Assembly: GCA_002269645.1 (NCBI GenBank)
Contig: NIVC01000049.1
Coordinates: 186,001 to 250,000 of the forward strand
Origin: Macrostomum lignano
Taxonomy: Eukaryota
Direction: 5' to 3'
DNA: 64,000 nucleotides
In this document: positions 34,178 to 47,358 of the stretch, piece after piece
How positions within the stretch are numbered: the first letter of the stretch is position 1
How the letters are laid out: the number at the start of each line of letters is the position of its first letter
The notes under the pieces: model-generated
The model's input: only the letters and a program-made list of their open reading frames with translations
What the model was told of the DNA's origin: nothing
Database searches by the model: none
Position numbers and translations under genes: made by a program

Positions 34178-36715
34178 GTCCTTGGCCCTCTGGTCACGAA
34201 GCGCTACCAAAGCTATCAATCATGTGGGCGGGACAGTCTGGTGCTGGAGGTCCGTCAGGTCATTGCCCGGTCATAGGCAGCCTACGGTCATTGCCCCCTC
34301 TAGTCACGCGTTCGTCTCTCAACGGAGCGGACAGGCGACAAGGGCGGTTACATCAGTTACAGATAACCGCCAGCTCCTGAAGAAGGGTGGAGTGACGTCT
34401 CCTTGGATATCCAGGTAGGTTGAAGCAAATGTTAGTTAAAAAACTGAGAATGTACCACATATCTTTAAAAAAAACATGGGCACGATCGTGACCGGTAGGT
34501 CGTTTTGGCGAGAGCGATGGCCCTTGGAGTGTTGTTCATGCAATGGTAAAGAACCTCGTAGCCTGGTTTCAGGCAGACCGGCTTTCATTTGCGGGTATAC
34601 GGTTTCTGAGGTAGATGTCAACATCCATGTTGCCGAAGGTGCTGGATAGGTTGCAGGATGCTGCGAGAGCGTGATGCAGATAATGTGCAGGTTGACTGGT
34701 TGGTTCGCCGGAGGCGGATCATTTATTTGGTTGCTAGTGGCAGTGTCATCATTGGGCTGGCCAGCAGGGTTCCCTCAGAGCTCCGCAGAGTTTGGCGCGG
34801 GGTTGGGAACGGCATTGCTCGTCTCCAGAGCTATCCGAGCGCACGAACTCACCTCGGCGTCGATCGCCGGCCGGGTGACGCCTTGGCAGCAGGTGGAAGA
34901 CGATCGTCCACGCCCCAATATAGACGCGGCAAAATCGCTCTTCTTCAGAGAATCTTCCCACTGCGCGGAGAAACCTATGAATAGGGTTTTGCCCGGAGCG
35001 TCTTTCGCCGGAACCTCCTTGAAAGCCCGGATTCCGTACTGAGGTAGGTCAGGATTTTTGCTGAGGAGCCGAGCACAGATCATCTCGATGTTCCTCGAGC
35101 CGGAGTAAAAGGCTCGGTAGCGCCGGCGATCGGGTGCGCTCCACGACACGTCGGCGATCGGGTGCGTCGGAGGGCCGTCGCACGAGTTGATGGACACGAT
35201 CGGTTCACCAGCGCGAGTTCGAGTTGAACCTCAGCTTTGAAGGGCGTCGAGGGCGTCGTTTTCCCAGAGGGACATCGATCACTCCGATCGTTGCTTTTAT
35301 CTCGGCGATGGTCAGCGTGCCGCTAGCCGCGCGTACGCTGTGGGGGCTGGATAGGATATACTCGTACCTCAGACAGCTCCGAGGATAAGCAGCAAAGGAT
35401 AAAACAGTTGCCGTTTTACCCTAGGATTGCTCCAAGGCGAGGCTCCGACGGAGGATTCTGCAAGATCAGGTGGCAGGAGGCCTGTTGCAGGTTTGGGACA
35501 CAGCCATCAGGTCGGGTTGACAGCCGATGCGCTCAAGCCCTCCTCAGCAGGAGCGGCCCTCTGGAACCAGTGTGGCACCAGTTGCAACTATAGGCTGTCG
35601 ATGAATAGTTGGCCCTTAGTCAGCAGCCAACTACTTAGCAGCCACCTGCCCTGCAAAAAGCAGCAGGGGGGTCCGTCCTTCACCAGCAGGAGGCCAGGTC
35701 TAAGCCAGTCTTTGTTGATCAAAAACAGCAATTTTATCAATAGAGGCCATAATTTTAGCAGCTAAACTGGCGTAAATTGGCGTTGGTAAGTGGTGTGTTG
35801 GCGTCAGTAAAAAATGAAGTATTTTCGTAGCTGCCGAAGAGAAGATGGTTTTGGAAACAGACATTGTATTTTGAGCGCTCGTCTTTGAAAGACTCTGGCT
35901 CGGTGCCGAATGCCCCGAGCTCTGGGTTCATAGAGGAAGCGGATTTAAGAGGGCAGGTTGTCTCAGAGGAAGTGGTAATCGCACATTCCAGAGAGGAGGG
36001 GAGATCTTTCACGTTATGGCAGTCAGAGATGTCAGTGGGGTGGGGAGGTCAAGATCCCAAAGGCCGTAGCTCAGCTTCGAGCTTTACTCCCACATCCCCA
36101 TTCCTACAGATCCCCACTCCCACATCCCCACTCCTGTAGATCCCCTACCCTATAGATCCTCACTCCTTCAGATCCCCTATCCCAAATCCACACTCACAGA
36201 ATCCCGATGAAGTGTATATATAGTCTGGTTCCTTAAAGTTCCCTTGATCATATCTATTCAATGCTTACCGAACATCTCTGACCGTCTCTCTCGCTTAAGA
36301 ATTAGTGGCTCAGCCAGGATTTGTTTAGAATGCCAGAAGCATTAGAAGCGGGGGCTTTTGTTGGAGTTGGAGATGAAGGAAGATGAGGAAGATGAGAAAC
36401 TTATTTGTCTATGGCAATACGTACAGTGTATTCGCGAGTCGCTAAGCTGCGAAATCAAAAATATGCTTAAGCGGTGCATAAGGTCTCAGCAAAACCGGAG
36501 TATTACACCATTTTACCTCCTATTTTTAACAAAGTCTTGTTCAAAAGAAACAAGCAGAACTTCAATTCAAACACTAAGAAATATCAGCCATTGCGGAAGT
36601 TCAAATCAAACAAAGTCCTTTTCTATTGAAGTTCTGCTTGTTTCTTTTGAACAGGACTTTGTTCAATATGGGAGGTAAAATGGTGTTATCGTCTGGCCTA
36701 ATCACTGAACAAACA

Positions 36716-37250
36716 ACAACTTTAGCAGCAGGGGCTTTAGCAGCAAAGGCTTTAGCACCAGAGGCTTTAGCACCAGAGGCTTTAGCACCAGAGGCGCCAG
36801 CACCAGAGGCTTTAGCACCAGAGGCTTTAGCACCAGAGGCTTTAGCACCAGAGGCGCCAGCACCAGAGGCGCCAGCACCAGAGGCGCCAGCACCAGAGGC
36901 GCCAGCACCAGAGGCGCCAGCACCAGAGGCGCCAGCACCAGAGGCGCCAGCACCAGAGGCGCCAGCACCAGAGGCGCCAGCACCAGAGGCGCCAGCACCA
37001 GAGGCGCCAGCACCAGAGGCGCCAGCACCAGAGGCGCCAGCACCAGAGGCGCCAGCACCAGAGGCGCCAGCACCAGAGGCGCCAGCACCAGAGGCGCCAG
37101 CACCAGAGGCGCCAGCACCAGAGGCGCCAGCACCAGAGGCGCCAGCACCAGAGGCGCCAGCACCAGAGGCGCCAGCACCAGAGGCGCCAGCACCAGAGGC
37201 GCCAGCACCTGAGGCGCCAGCACCAGAGGCGCCAGTACCAGAGACGCCAA
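36716..37250. repeat. 15-bp minisatellite (GCACCAGAGGCGCCA), about 35 copies
   Basis: Directly visible; produces APEAP, GASGA and PLVLA repeat ORFs. Confidence 0.95.
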
Positions 37251-37764
37251 ATCTATACTGCAAAGAAGCGCCATATAATGCAGCCACCCGATCGTTGGCG
37301 CCCCAGCGCAACCGGGGGTGCTCACACCTACTCATAAATACAGAATCCCTCATTTTCTCTACTTGCAGTGCAGAGGCCGCATAGCCAACCATAAGCATTC
37401 TCACAATTACAGATAAGCGTTGTGTTCAGGCGGAGTATAACTACGGTACATTTAACCAGATTACTTTTAATGCACATCAATTGACTAAAACAACTGCCTA
37501 GCGACGTACTCGAAAAGTATAATTTTGTAGTTACTTTCAGCTCGAAGGAATCTGATTTTAATAAAGGTAAGCTTATAATCAATATACACATCTAAAATCA
37601 TATATACGAGTATAAAGGTATTTTCGACAAAATTCCCAAGGCTTACGAATAAGTTTATGACGCTAAAAACAGTTAGCATTTTTGTATTTGACTGTCTCTG
37701 TGTCGAGAGTACAGTGAGGTGTCTAGAGGGTACACTGGCACTGGCATTCAATGACATGCAGTGC

Positions 37765-39904
37765 TACAGGCCTTCAAAAGGCACTGCTACAGGCTTTCAT
37801 AAGGCACTGCAACAGGCCTTCAAAAGTCACTGCTACAGGCTTTCATAAGGCACTGCAACAGGCCTTCAAAAGTCACTGCTACAGGCTTTCATAAGGCACT
37901 GCAACAGGCTTTCATAAGGCACTGCAACAGGCCTTCAAAAGGCACTGCAACAGGCCTTCAAAAGGCACTGCAACAGGCTTTCATAAGGCACTGCAACAGG
38001 CATTCAAAAGGCACTGCTACAGGCTTTCATAAGGCACTGCAACAGGCTTTCAAAAGGCACTGCTACAGGCTTTCATAAGGCACTGCAACAGGCCTTCAAA
38101 AGGCACTGCTACAGGCTTTCATAAGGCACTGCAACAGGCTTTCATAAGGCACTGCAACAGGCCTTCAAAAGGCACTGCTACAGGCTTTCATAAGGCACTG
38201 CAACAGGCCTTCAAAAGTCACTGCTACAGGCTTTCATAAGGCACTGCAACAGGCTTTCATAAGGCACTGCAACAGGCCTTCAAAAGGCACTGCAACAGGC
38301 TTTCATAAGGCACTGCAACAGGCATTCAAAAGGCACTGCTACAGGCTTTCATAAGGCACTGCAACAGGCTTTCATAAGGCACTGCAACAGGCCTTCAAAA
38401 GGCACTGCAACAGGCCTTCAAAAGGCACTGCAACAGGCTTTCATAAGGCACTGCAACAGGCATTCAAAAGGCACTGCTACAGGCTTTCATAAGGCACTGC
38501 AACAGGCCTTCAAAAGGCACTGCTACAGGCTTTCATAAGGCACTGCAACAGGCTTTCATAAGGCACTGCAACAGGCCTTCAAAAGGCACTGCAACAGGCT
38601 TTCATAAGGCACTGCAACAGGCCTTCAAAAGGCACTGCTACAGGCTTTCATAAGGCACTGCAACAGGCTTTCATAAGGCACTGCTACAGGCCTTCAAAAG
38701 GCACTGCAACAGGCTTTCATAAGGCACTGCAACAGGCTTTCATAAGGCACTGCAACAGGCCTTCAAAAGGCACTGCAACAGGCCTTCAAAAGGCACTGCA
38801 ACAGGCTTTCATAAGGCACTGCAACAGGCCTTCAAAAGGCACTGCAACAGGCATTCAAAAGGCACTGCTACAGGCTTTCATAAGGCACTGCAACAGGCCT
38901 TCAAAAGGCACTGCTACAGGCTTTCATAAGGCACTGCAACAGGCTTTCATAAGGCACTGCAACAGGCATTCAAAAGGCACTGCTACAGGCTTTCATAAGG
39001 CACTGCAACAGGCTTTCATAAGGCACTGCAACAGGCATTTAAAAGGCACTGCAACAGGCTTTCATAAGGCCCTGCAACAGGCTTTCATAAGGCACTGCAA
39101 CAGGCCTTCAAAAGGTACTGCAACAGGCTTTCATAAGGCACTGCAACAGGCCTTCAAAAGGCACTGCTACAGGCTTTCATAAGGCACTGCAACAGGCCTT
39201 CAAAAGGCACTGCAACAGGCATTCAAAAGGCACTGCTACAGGCTTTCATAAGGCACTGCAACAGGCCTTCAAAAGGCACTGCTACAGGCTTTCATAAGGC
39301 ACTGCAACAGGCTTTCATAAGGCACTGCAACAGGCCTTCAAAAGGCACTGCTACAGGCTTTCATAAGGCACTGCAACAGGCTTTCATAAGGCACTGCAAC
39401 AGGCATTCAAAAGGCACTGCAACAGGCTTTCATAAGGCACTGCAACAGGCTTTCATAAGGCACTGCAACAGGCCTTCAAAAGGTACTGCAACAGGCTTTC
39501 ATAAGGCACTGCAACAGGCCTTCAAAAGGCACTGCTACAGGCTTTCATAAGGCACTGCAACAGGCTTTCATAAGGCGCTGCTACAGGCTTTCATAAGGCA
39601 CTACAACAGGCTTTCATAAGGCACTGCAACAGGCCTTCAAAAGGCACTGCTACAGGCTTTCATAAGGCACTGCAACAGGCTTTCATAAGGCACTGCTACA
39701 GGCCTTCAAAAGGCACTGCTACAGGCTTTCATAAGGCACTACAACAGGCTTTCATAAGGCACTGCAACAGGCCTTCAAAAGGCACTGCTACAGGCTTTCA
39801 TAAGGCACTGCAACAGACCTTCAAAAGGCACTGCTACAGGCTTTCATAAGGCACTGCTACAGGCCTTCATAAGGCACTGCAACAGGCTTTCATAAGGCAC
39901 TGCT
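37765..39904. repeat. 23-bp minisatellite (AAGGCACTGCAACAGGCTTTCAT and variants), about 90 copies
   Basis: Directly visible; variation is concentrated at a few positions. Confidence 0.97.
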
Positions 39905-40057
39905 AGCATTATCAGATAACCAAAGAAAGGCCGCGTATTTTACATCTGTAGTTTGGCTACACATCAGTAAGGTGTACACATTATCAATAAAACATTTGCA
40001 ACGGCCAAAATATCAAATTTTCAGACTGCACCGCGTGAGTTACCCATCGAATTCACC

Positions 40058-41167
40058 ATGCCATTGATAAGACTGACAAAGCCAGTGCTGTTCCTGCTGG
40101 CGCTACTGCTGCTGGCCCTGGGCACGCATCGAAAGATCTTCAGCGATCGCGGCCATTCTGTCATTTCTCCAAGCCGCAGCGCCATGAAAACAAAGGACAC
40201 GGTGCCAGCGACTGTTGACAACCCGCTACTGTCGGGTGCCTGCGGCGCCTACAGTGAGCTCCGCAGCGTCAACTTTCTGCACAAGTCCATCAGCGAGAGC
40301 ATCTGCGAAGGCGTCGCCGCCTACACCATCGTGGACAGCGCGTTTCCGCTTTGCCGACTCAAGCAGCACCTGCCGCTGGTCCTCACCGAAGGCGTCAGAG
40401 CTGCAAGCGTGCAGACCTTCATCAGAAGCCCCCTCACCCAGAGAAACGTCTCCAGCTTCGTCTACTCGAGTCCCGACTTCATCTCGACCAGCATCCGCAA
40501 AGAGCACATCTTCGAGGAGAGGAACGTCCGTAACATGCAGCGAATCATTCAGAAGCTGGCCGCCAAGTCGCCCGTCACCTTTGTGGACGTCGGCTCGAAC
40601 ATCGGCGTGTTCACCCTGTCGATGCTCGATCTCGGAGTGCCCGTCATCGCGCTGGATGCGAACATCCGCAACTTGATTCGAATCAAGCTGTCAGCCGAGG
40701 CGGTTGAGCCGCCTCACAAGCTGCACCTGCTGTGGAACTTCGTCAGCAGGCAGGTGTCGCTCATGTACCTGAACTTTCCGAAGGATTGCAACATCGGCGG
40801 CGCTACCAAGTTCGGCAGGGCCGTCGTCGACACGATCCCAGTTATGTCGTCGACCGCGGACTCCATCGTGCCGCTTATCGACACCAAGCTGGTCGTGTTG
40901 AAGGTCGACATCGAAGGAGGCGAAGGCGAGTTCTTCAAGAGCGCGAAGAAGCTGTTCGAAAGCTTCACAATTCCCGTGGTGCACATGGAGTGGCTGAAGA
41001 AGCACATGAGCGAGGAGGAGCGCCAGTTCATGATCAGCTTCTTCGCTGGGAGGCGCTACAGCCCGAGGACCATGAAAGATCTAACCAAGTTGATAAACAT
41101 CAGCCACACAGGGTATCAGGGAGACGACCTCATTTGGGTGCACAAGAACTTTGAAGGTGGAATATGA
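40058..41167 (+). CDS. FkbM-family (Methyltransf_21) SAM-dependent methyltransferase with an N-terminal signal anchor, intronless
   Basis: TFVDVGSNIGVFTL motif I, IALDAN, LKVDIEGGE and VHMEW motifs; hydrophobic N-terminus. Confidence 0.88.
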   Translation: MPLIRLTKPVLFLLALLLLALGTHRKIFSDRGHSVISPSRSAMKTKDTVPATVDNPLLSGACGAYSELRSVNFLHKSISESICEGVAAYTIVDSAFPLCRLKQHLPLVLTEGVRAASVQTFIRSPLTQRNVSSFVYSSPDFISTSIRKEHIFEERNVRNMQRIIQKLAAKSPVTFVDVGSNIGVFTLSMLDLGVPVIALDANIRNLIRIKLSAEAVEPPHKLHLLWNFVSRQVSLMYLNFPKDCNIGGATKFGRAVVDTIPVMSSTADSIVPLIDTKLVVLKVDIEGGEGEFFKSAKKLFESFTIPVVHMEWLKKHMSEEERQFMISFFAGRRYSPRTMKDLTKLINISHTGYQGDDLIWVHKNFEGGI

Positions 41168-42799
41168 GTGCTTTTATATGACAGAACTTGTATGGGCTTC
41201 AAGGCAATGCTGAAATTTGGCTTCCTAAGCTTCTTATTTCGCTTCCTATTCCGGCGAACTGTACTACATGTAACTATAATAATTGACTAGCTGTAAGATC
41301 AGCTTCTGTTGGTGTGGCTCTGCTATGTAGCTTGAGTTGAATTTGTATAATCAATCAATGCTTACTAGCTACTTTGGATTGTGAACTTACGCTCGTATTT
41401 TGCTATCATCAGCCTGGTTGGAATTTCATAAACCACTGGTAAATCTACGCGCGTACTGCAGCTAACAGTTACAGTGAATTATATCAATCTGACCGTGTCT
41501 GTTAGCCCTGTGTGGCTCAAATAGAGTTTCCATTGAATTCTCGTGTGCTTTGCCAGTCCGATAAGAATTTACGAATTATAGATTCGAGTATTCAACTATA
41601 GCTATAACATTTTTTATCAATAGTTAGCCGTATGCACATGACGTTTAACATTGTATGCAGGTTGAGCTACACGGAAAAGTCTGAGACCATATTTTGGTTT
41701 GTACGAATATATGCTGCATGGCGTCTTAATCGTCGTCTCAATACTTCAAAGTTTAGTTTAACGCTTTTTCTACTAACCATGCATTCTTATCTCTACCCAT
41801 GAGCTAGAAAAACTACTTGCATAAGCATGGACGCCAGGTGTCTGGAATCAGTATTTTAACAGTGATAAAAGCACCCGGATAATACATATAGGGTACGCGT
41901 TGTGAGATACGCCCTACTAGTTTATTGTGTAAGGAGTCCGGTGCGTATTTGCTTAGTGAAGGTGGCTAGGGTACAGTACTAGTAACAGTCAGTAAAGTGA
42001 CAATTTACTAGTAGAAAGAATTATCTTATCATTAACTCGCGTTATACTTGAGCAACTCTGACTGTTTATTAAAATGACATGGATCTCATTTAGACTTGCT
42101 GGTCTACGCCTAAGGCACGTCAACACTATATAGTAGGATTTCTCGGAAACAGAATCGAAATAAACAAACTAAACGTTTCACCTTTCACGTTTTCATCTAC
42201 ATTTACGCACAAAATTTGCAATTAAGAATTGACGTACACAGCCTTTTATCTTCAATTTTTATCAGCCAGATCCTAATAAAAATTACTATGTGGAAATTCA
42301 ATTCAGACTACGAGCATTCAGTCTGGGCCAAAGCTTACGGAAAATCAATAAAAACAAACACCAATTCACAACAGACGAAGCCTTTTTAATTTAAATATGG
42401 GCTTTTTGTCTATGGCTAAACCCTTTACATACTCTGCCTTTATCTTTCTTTGATGTACTTCGTGCTGGCACCGAAGCCGGTTCAGCCATAGACAAGAAGT
42501 CCATATTTAAATTAAAAAGGCTCGGCTTTAAATTGGCCGTCTGTTGTTATTGTACCATGACCTTTGTGCCCGCTGGGCACTTATTCTTGCCTTTTAATGC
42601 CATAGACTACATTTAAGCCCGCTTGCTTTAATGCTTTAAACTTACTTTAATGCAAATTAGCTGGCAGTCAAGTATAAGATATTCCATGGGTTTGAGGTCG
42701 TTATGATTTAAGTGAAATACCGACCCAAAAAACACATAGAATATCTTATTTGAACTACTTTAATTTTTCGGGATGTATTCAGATAAATCCCGGAGCCAT

Positions 42800-42902
42800 A
42801 CTTGTATGTCTATGGTTGAAGTTGGGGATGGGGTGTGGGGGCGAAGCCCCTGCTGGGGGTGTGGGGACGAAGCCCCCACATTCTTACCATAGACAAAATT
42901 TC
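42800..42902. repeat. Double GC-rich hairpin (GGGGTGTGGGGGCGAAGCCCC twice) between TGTCTATGG and CCATAGACA; related hairpin pair at 6790-6850
   Basis: Directly visible. Confidence 0.65.
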
Positions 42903-45405
42903 ATTAAGAAATTTCTCGAGTCACGAAGGAAGAGAAGAGAGAAGCTCGCTTATTTCGATACATACAATAATCCTTGCAATATGTCCGGGAAAGTGATCGA
43001 TTGAATCCCGCAAAATAAAATCTGTCAATAACCTCCCTGAAAGTGAGCTTTAAAGTGGCTGATTGGTGAAAAAGGCAGGCAAGGTCAGTACTTCATCCTA
43101 CGCTTGCTCAAAGGCCGCGATGTCGTGTCGACTGTCATCATTTGGTCATAGTGATGAGGATGCACTTTTTTCAAAGTTCACGCTCGCACATGGGCTTCAA
43201 ACTTGCCTACCAACAGCAGTCTACATGTATATGGGCATTTTTCTCCTTTTTATGTAATTTTCTTAGAATTCATACTAGTAGGATTTTTGTAGCTACATGT
43301 ACATGCAGTATATGATTTTTCCATACTTGTAGTTATCATAACATAGGCGCGGTTTTAGCTACTTTTGGGGTCATAAATCATTGCTTGTGATCTGGTCTGA
43401 CAGCCATCTGCGCCTCACTCAGTGTTGAGGCTGGCGCCAGATGGTCTGAGCAGTCGAGCAGATGTGGGCGGTAGCTTTTTTCTCATCATTTTTGACAGGC
43501 CATCAGATTTATGAGGTCAGGGCCTATTGTTCATGTTCACTCAAGCGTGTGACAGCTTTGACAGCTATGCGTTTTACCCCTAAAAGTACTTTGGTATTAG
43601 TGATTAGCGATTTCTCTTCCCCATCTTCACTTTCTACTTAATAAGATCTTTCAATGTATATTTTTTCATTAATTTTTGTAATTCTTACGCGAAAAGTCAT
43701 AAATCATCCTGTAGCGATTTTGAGTGGTTTATGATCGACTGCACCTGGCGTATTTTTATGGCCCCGAGGGAACTGATAGGATCTTTTGATCACGTGAGTT
43801 TGGGTGGCAACAAGCTCAGCCAATCAGAAAATTCGACGTCGGTTATAAAAAATCGGCTCAGCCAATCACCCAAGAGGACATTCTGCTTCTCAAACTTAGC
43901 AGATCTTGTATCTGTGCCATTCTTAGCAGATCTTCTCAATCTCAATCTCAATCTTCTCAGTCAATGTCTTCTAGGGCAGCGTCGAGGTGTTCCATTTTAA
44001 CAAATTGCGGTCCAGTTGGCGGCTATTTAAACCGATGTTTTTGGCCCGCTCGGACTCAACCTTCCACCGGCTCTTACCTCTGACAAAACCTCGCTCCTCC
44101 GGAGTCACGACCGTCGTCTCTTGATCCTCGGATTGCGACCCACCCCCCTCATCTGCAAGGACGAATCGGACCCCCGGTCGACGGCATCGATCATCGAGGT
44201 TAATATCATCACCTGCTAGCTATCAGCAAGACTGTGACATTATCATCCCGGGTCTACAGCTGCGAAGCTAAGCCGATTCGGTCACTGTGGATTACCTGGT
44301 ATTCGGCTGTTGAGTATCTGATTGGTTGGGTGAGATCGGCTATCTAGACTTGCTTGATTGGGTGATTCCTTATCTGTCCTCCACAAATGTACATGTATTT
44401 CAGTAGCTGGATTAGGCGCACACTTTTGCTCATTTTGTTCATTAGTGGTTATTGAGGCAGAAATCACTTAATAATACTGTTAGTAGTCTGATACTCCAAT
44501 TCAAGCTGAAGTGAGAAAAGATTAAGTGAGAAGGTTAAATCTGACAGTTATTTTTATCGGTTTTATTTCTTTGTTCGCCGATGGCTCAGATGAGTAGCTA
44601 AGCTAGTAGGCGCCGGTCGCAGTAGTGGACCAACGGAAAGGCAGTTCTCAGTCGATCAATCTAGTAGCTACCCCATAGTCTCGCCACACTGCAAGAATCC
44701 CCTTGCACAAGTCCCCTCGATCTGTACCTGCATGGCCAATGCGATCAAGTCCCAGCAGTGTCGCTTATCATCGGCTATGACTTCGAGATTGACAGCAAAA
44801 AGACACTATAGTTGGCAGGTAAGCGCTAAGCACCTTCTAGTCGGAAGCCCAATTTCGAAAGCGAAAGCGGATTAGCTGGTCTCTACCTTCGAAATTCTCC
44901 CTGCTCGTCTCTCGCTGTCCCTCTCTTAGCTATAGGACCTAGACTGCTCGCCACAGATCAAGCTACCATGGGGCTGACCATCTGACAGGAGTGGGGGGCC
45001 AGGACTCCAATTGTTTTATTTCTGAGACCTGAGGCCCAAAGGCTTCCTCAAAAGGCCGACACCCATCAATAGCAAGTCGAATTCCGGATGCCTAAAGCGC
45101 AGTTTACTCAGCTGTGGATTCAGCACCGAAATTCTGGCGAGCCTAGCAGGTTCAGCAACTCTGCTGATATTTGCTGCACTAACAATCAAGCTCGATATTG
45201 AGCCCAAATTTTAGGAAGGAAATTGCACTTCTACAGAAGTTTGTAAATTGGGTTCAACAAGTTATAACTTTACAGGGATAATCTGATTTATTTAATCCTT
45301 GCAACTGCAATTAGGCATATTACTACACAACCAAAACTGTGCTAATTAAATATAAACTGTTCTACAGGTGAACAAAAAAGCACAAACTGCCTTGCGATGG
45401 TAATC

Positions 45406-46527
45406 CTACAGTCTGCATGTAAGAATCGGTAGAATCCTGGAAATTGTCATGGAGTTATCCATTAACATCTTGTGAGTGTAGCTCAGGTGCATGAACTTGT
45501 GAACTGTGTAAGAACTGTTCGGTATTTTCTTTGTCTCAAAGTTGGTAGCATTGAGCCTTTTGCAGTGCTGCTGCTTCATCTTGGGAAGAATCCCCAGATT
45601 CTTTGCCCGGCAAAGTTTCTTCAGCCTTTTTGGAATCCATGCCACATCCCAGAGGGGCTGGAAGGCGTCTGCCTCGGCCAGCATGTTGCCGCACCAGTCC
45701 ACAGGTCGGTCGCTCTGCTCCAGTGCCGTGTAATTCTTGTAGAATGTGTGCAGCATTCTGGGTCCCATGACGTACACCGCATCGCGATGACCTCTCTTGG
45801 TCTTGTTGGCCCAATTCTGCTCAAACCATGTCGGCCAGGTCTTCAGCACGAAGCTCAGGAAGCTGTGATTCGCTCGGCTCATCATCACCGCATTTGAAAT
45901 CAGTGCCGGAAGATTGAACGTGAAAACTGCGTGCTCACTAGGCTCCTGACTCCACACTGCTGACTCACAGTCGAAATTCGAAGTCAGCCCCGCTTCCTGA
46001 AGCTGCGACGGTCTCAGCAGCGGTGTCGGATCTCGAAGCAGCTCCACATCCGTGTCGACGTACAGACCGCCGACGTGGTGCAGCACGACCAGACGGCCGA
46101 TGTCCGATCGCTCCAGCCCGTTGACCAGCTTGCGGTAGCTTTGAAGAAGGTACGGATAGTGCTTCGAGATGAGCTCGGAGATCTGCTTGTCGTCCCAGTG
46201 CATGAAATGCCAGGCCTGGATTCGGCTACCGTTACTCAGCCGTGCCCAGGAGCGCACAATGGGAACCAGCTTGGCTGGCACTCGTCCGTCTTTGCTGGTC
46301 CAGTGCACCAGCGGCGGGATGGAGTCCGGGAACTGGGAGGGCAGCTCGCCGCAAGGCAGCCCGTCGTGCAACGGTAGAGACGTCGGCGTACGTGCAGCAA
46401 CCTCATGTGCTTTACATTTATAGGTACGAGTCGTTTGTGCAATGAAATACGCTGTTCTAACTGACACGAATGTCAGGACAATTAAAATTAGCAGACGCTT
46501 TTGCTTCCATGTTATAATGTCGAGCAT
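45406..46527 (-). CDS. GT32 (OCH1/Sur1-like DXD) glycosyltransferase copy 2, intact 373 aa, intronless
   Basis: Signal anchor and GGLYVDTDV DXD motif; near-identical to 19819-20940. Confidence 0.9.
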   Translation of the reverse strand: MLDIITWKQKRLLILIVLTFVSVRTAYFIAQTTRTYKCKAHEVAARTPTSLPLHDGLPCGELPSQFPDSIPPLVHWTSKDGRVPAKLVPIVRSWARLSNGSRIQAWHFMHWDDKQISELISKHYPYLLQSYRKLVNGLERSDIGRLVVLHHVGGLYVDTDVELLRDPTPLLRPSQLQEAGLTSNFDCESAVWSQEPSEHAVFTFNLPALISNAVMMSRANHSFLSFVLKTWPTWFEQNWANKTKRGHRDAVYVMGPRMLHTFYKNYTALEQSDRPVDWCGNMLAEADAFQPLWDVAWIPKRLKKLCRAKNLGILPKMKQQHCKRLNATNFETKKIPNSSYTVHKFMHLSYTHKMLMDNSMTISRILPILTCRL

Positions 46528-47358
46528 GACGCATGTGACAAATTCTGCATTTGTGCTCAGTGAGGGAACCTAATTAATCTTTTCTACATCAGACGCAGAA
46601 GACGCCTGAGACAAATCATTCACGGGCCTTACGTAGTACACGCGGTCATGCCTGTTAAGCATAATGGACCAATTGTACAGGTTTGTGCCGCCAGTGCAAA
46701 CAGGCTTTAGTCAGCCAGCCCAGCTTGTGTTTGGGGGTGGTCGCTCTGGGTTCTGCTTACAATCCCACGGAGTATCAGTTGGGGTGGCTTTTCGTCCGCG
46801 CTCACGCTCGCCCGGACTAATATGCTCGTAGCATAAAGCCACTCTGTCAGTGCTGTAATCTGCAGATTGACAGTCAATACACCCATAACAAACATATATG
46901 AGCTAGTTTATAACGCACAGAAAATAAATTCATAACTTCATATCTTAATATTGTATTTTCATTCCATTCGCAAATATGATAAGAGTATGAAAGATATTGT
47001 AGCAAACAGCTGGACATAAAGATGACAGCTCACAAGGAAAAACTGCACAATATTTGCCAGTAATTTTCTACGCGATTCGAGCAAAAATGAAACGCAATTT
47101 AATCTTTTCGAAAATTGAATTGAATCAAAAATTACAATATTTTAAACGGTTCCCATACGGACAGAGGGGCAACAGGCACACAAAACATAAGTAGTATAGA
47201 GCGAGTATCTATTTGAAAAAAATAAATCAGAGAAAATTATTGTTACAGTTGAACATTATTACAAAAATAACTGTTTTCACAGATCTGATACAAACAAAAA
47301 ATATTTCAATTTATACAAGTAAATTGGTAGGAGAAAACAAGTGGAGACTTTGAAAAGG

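Noticed and set aside
37765-39904. CRISPR-like array
   Set aside because: Head-to-tail units with no spacers
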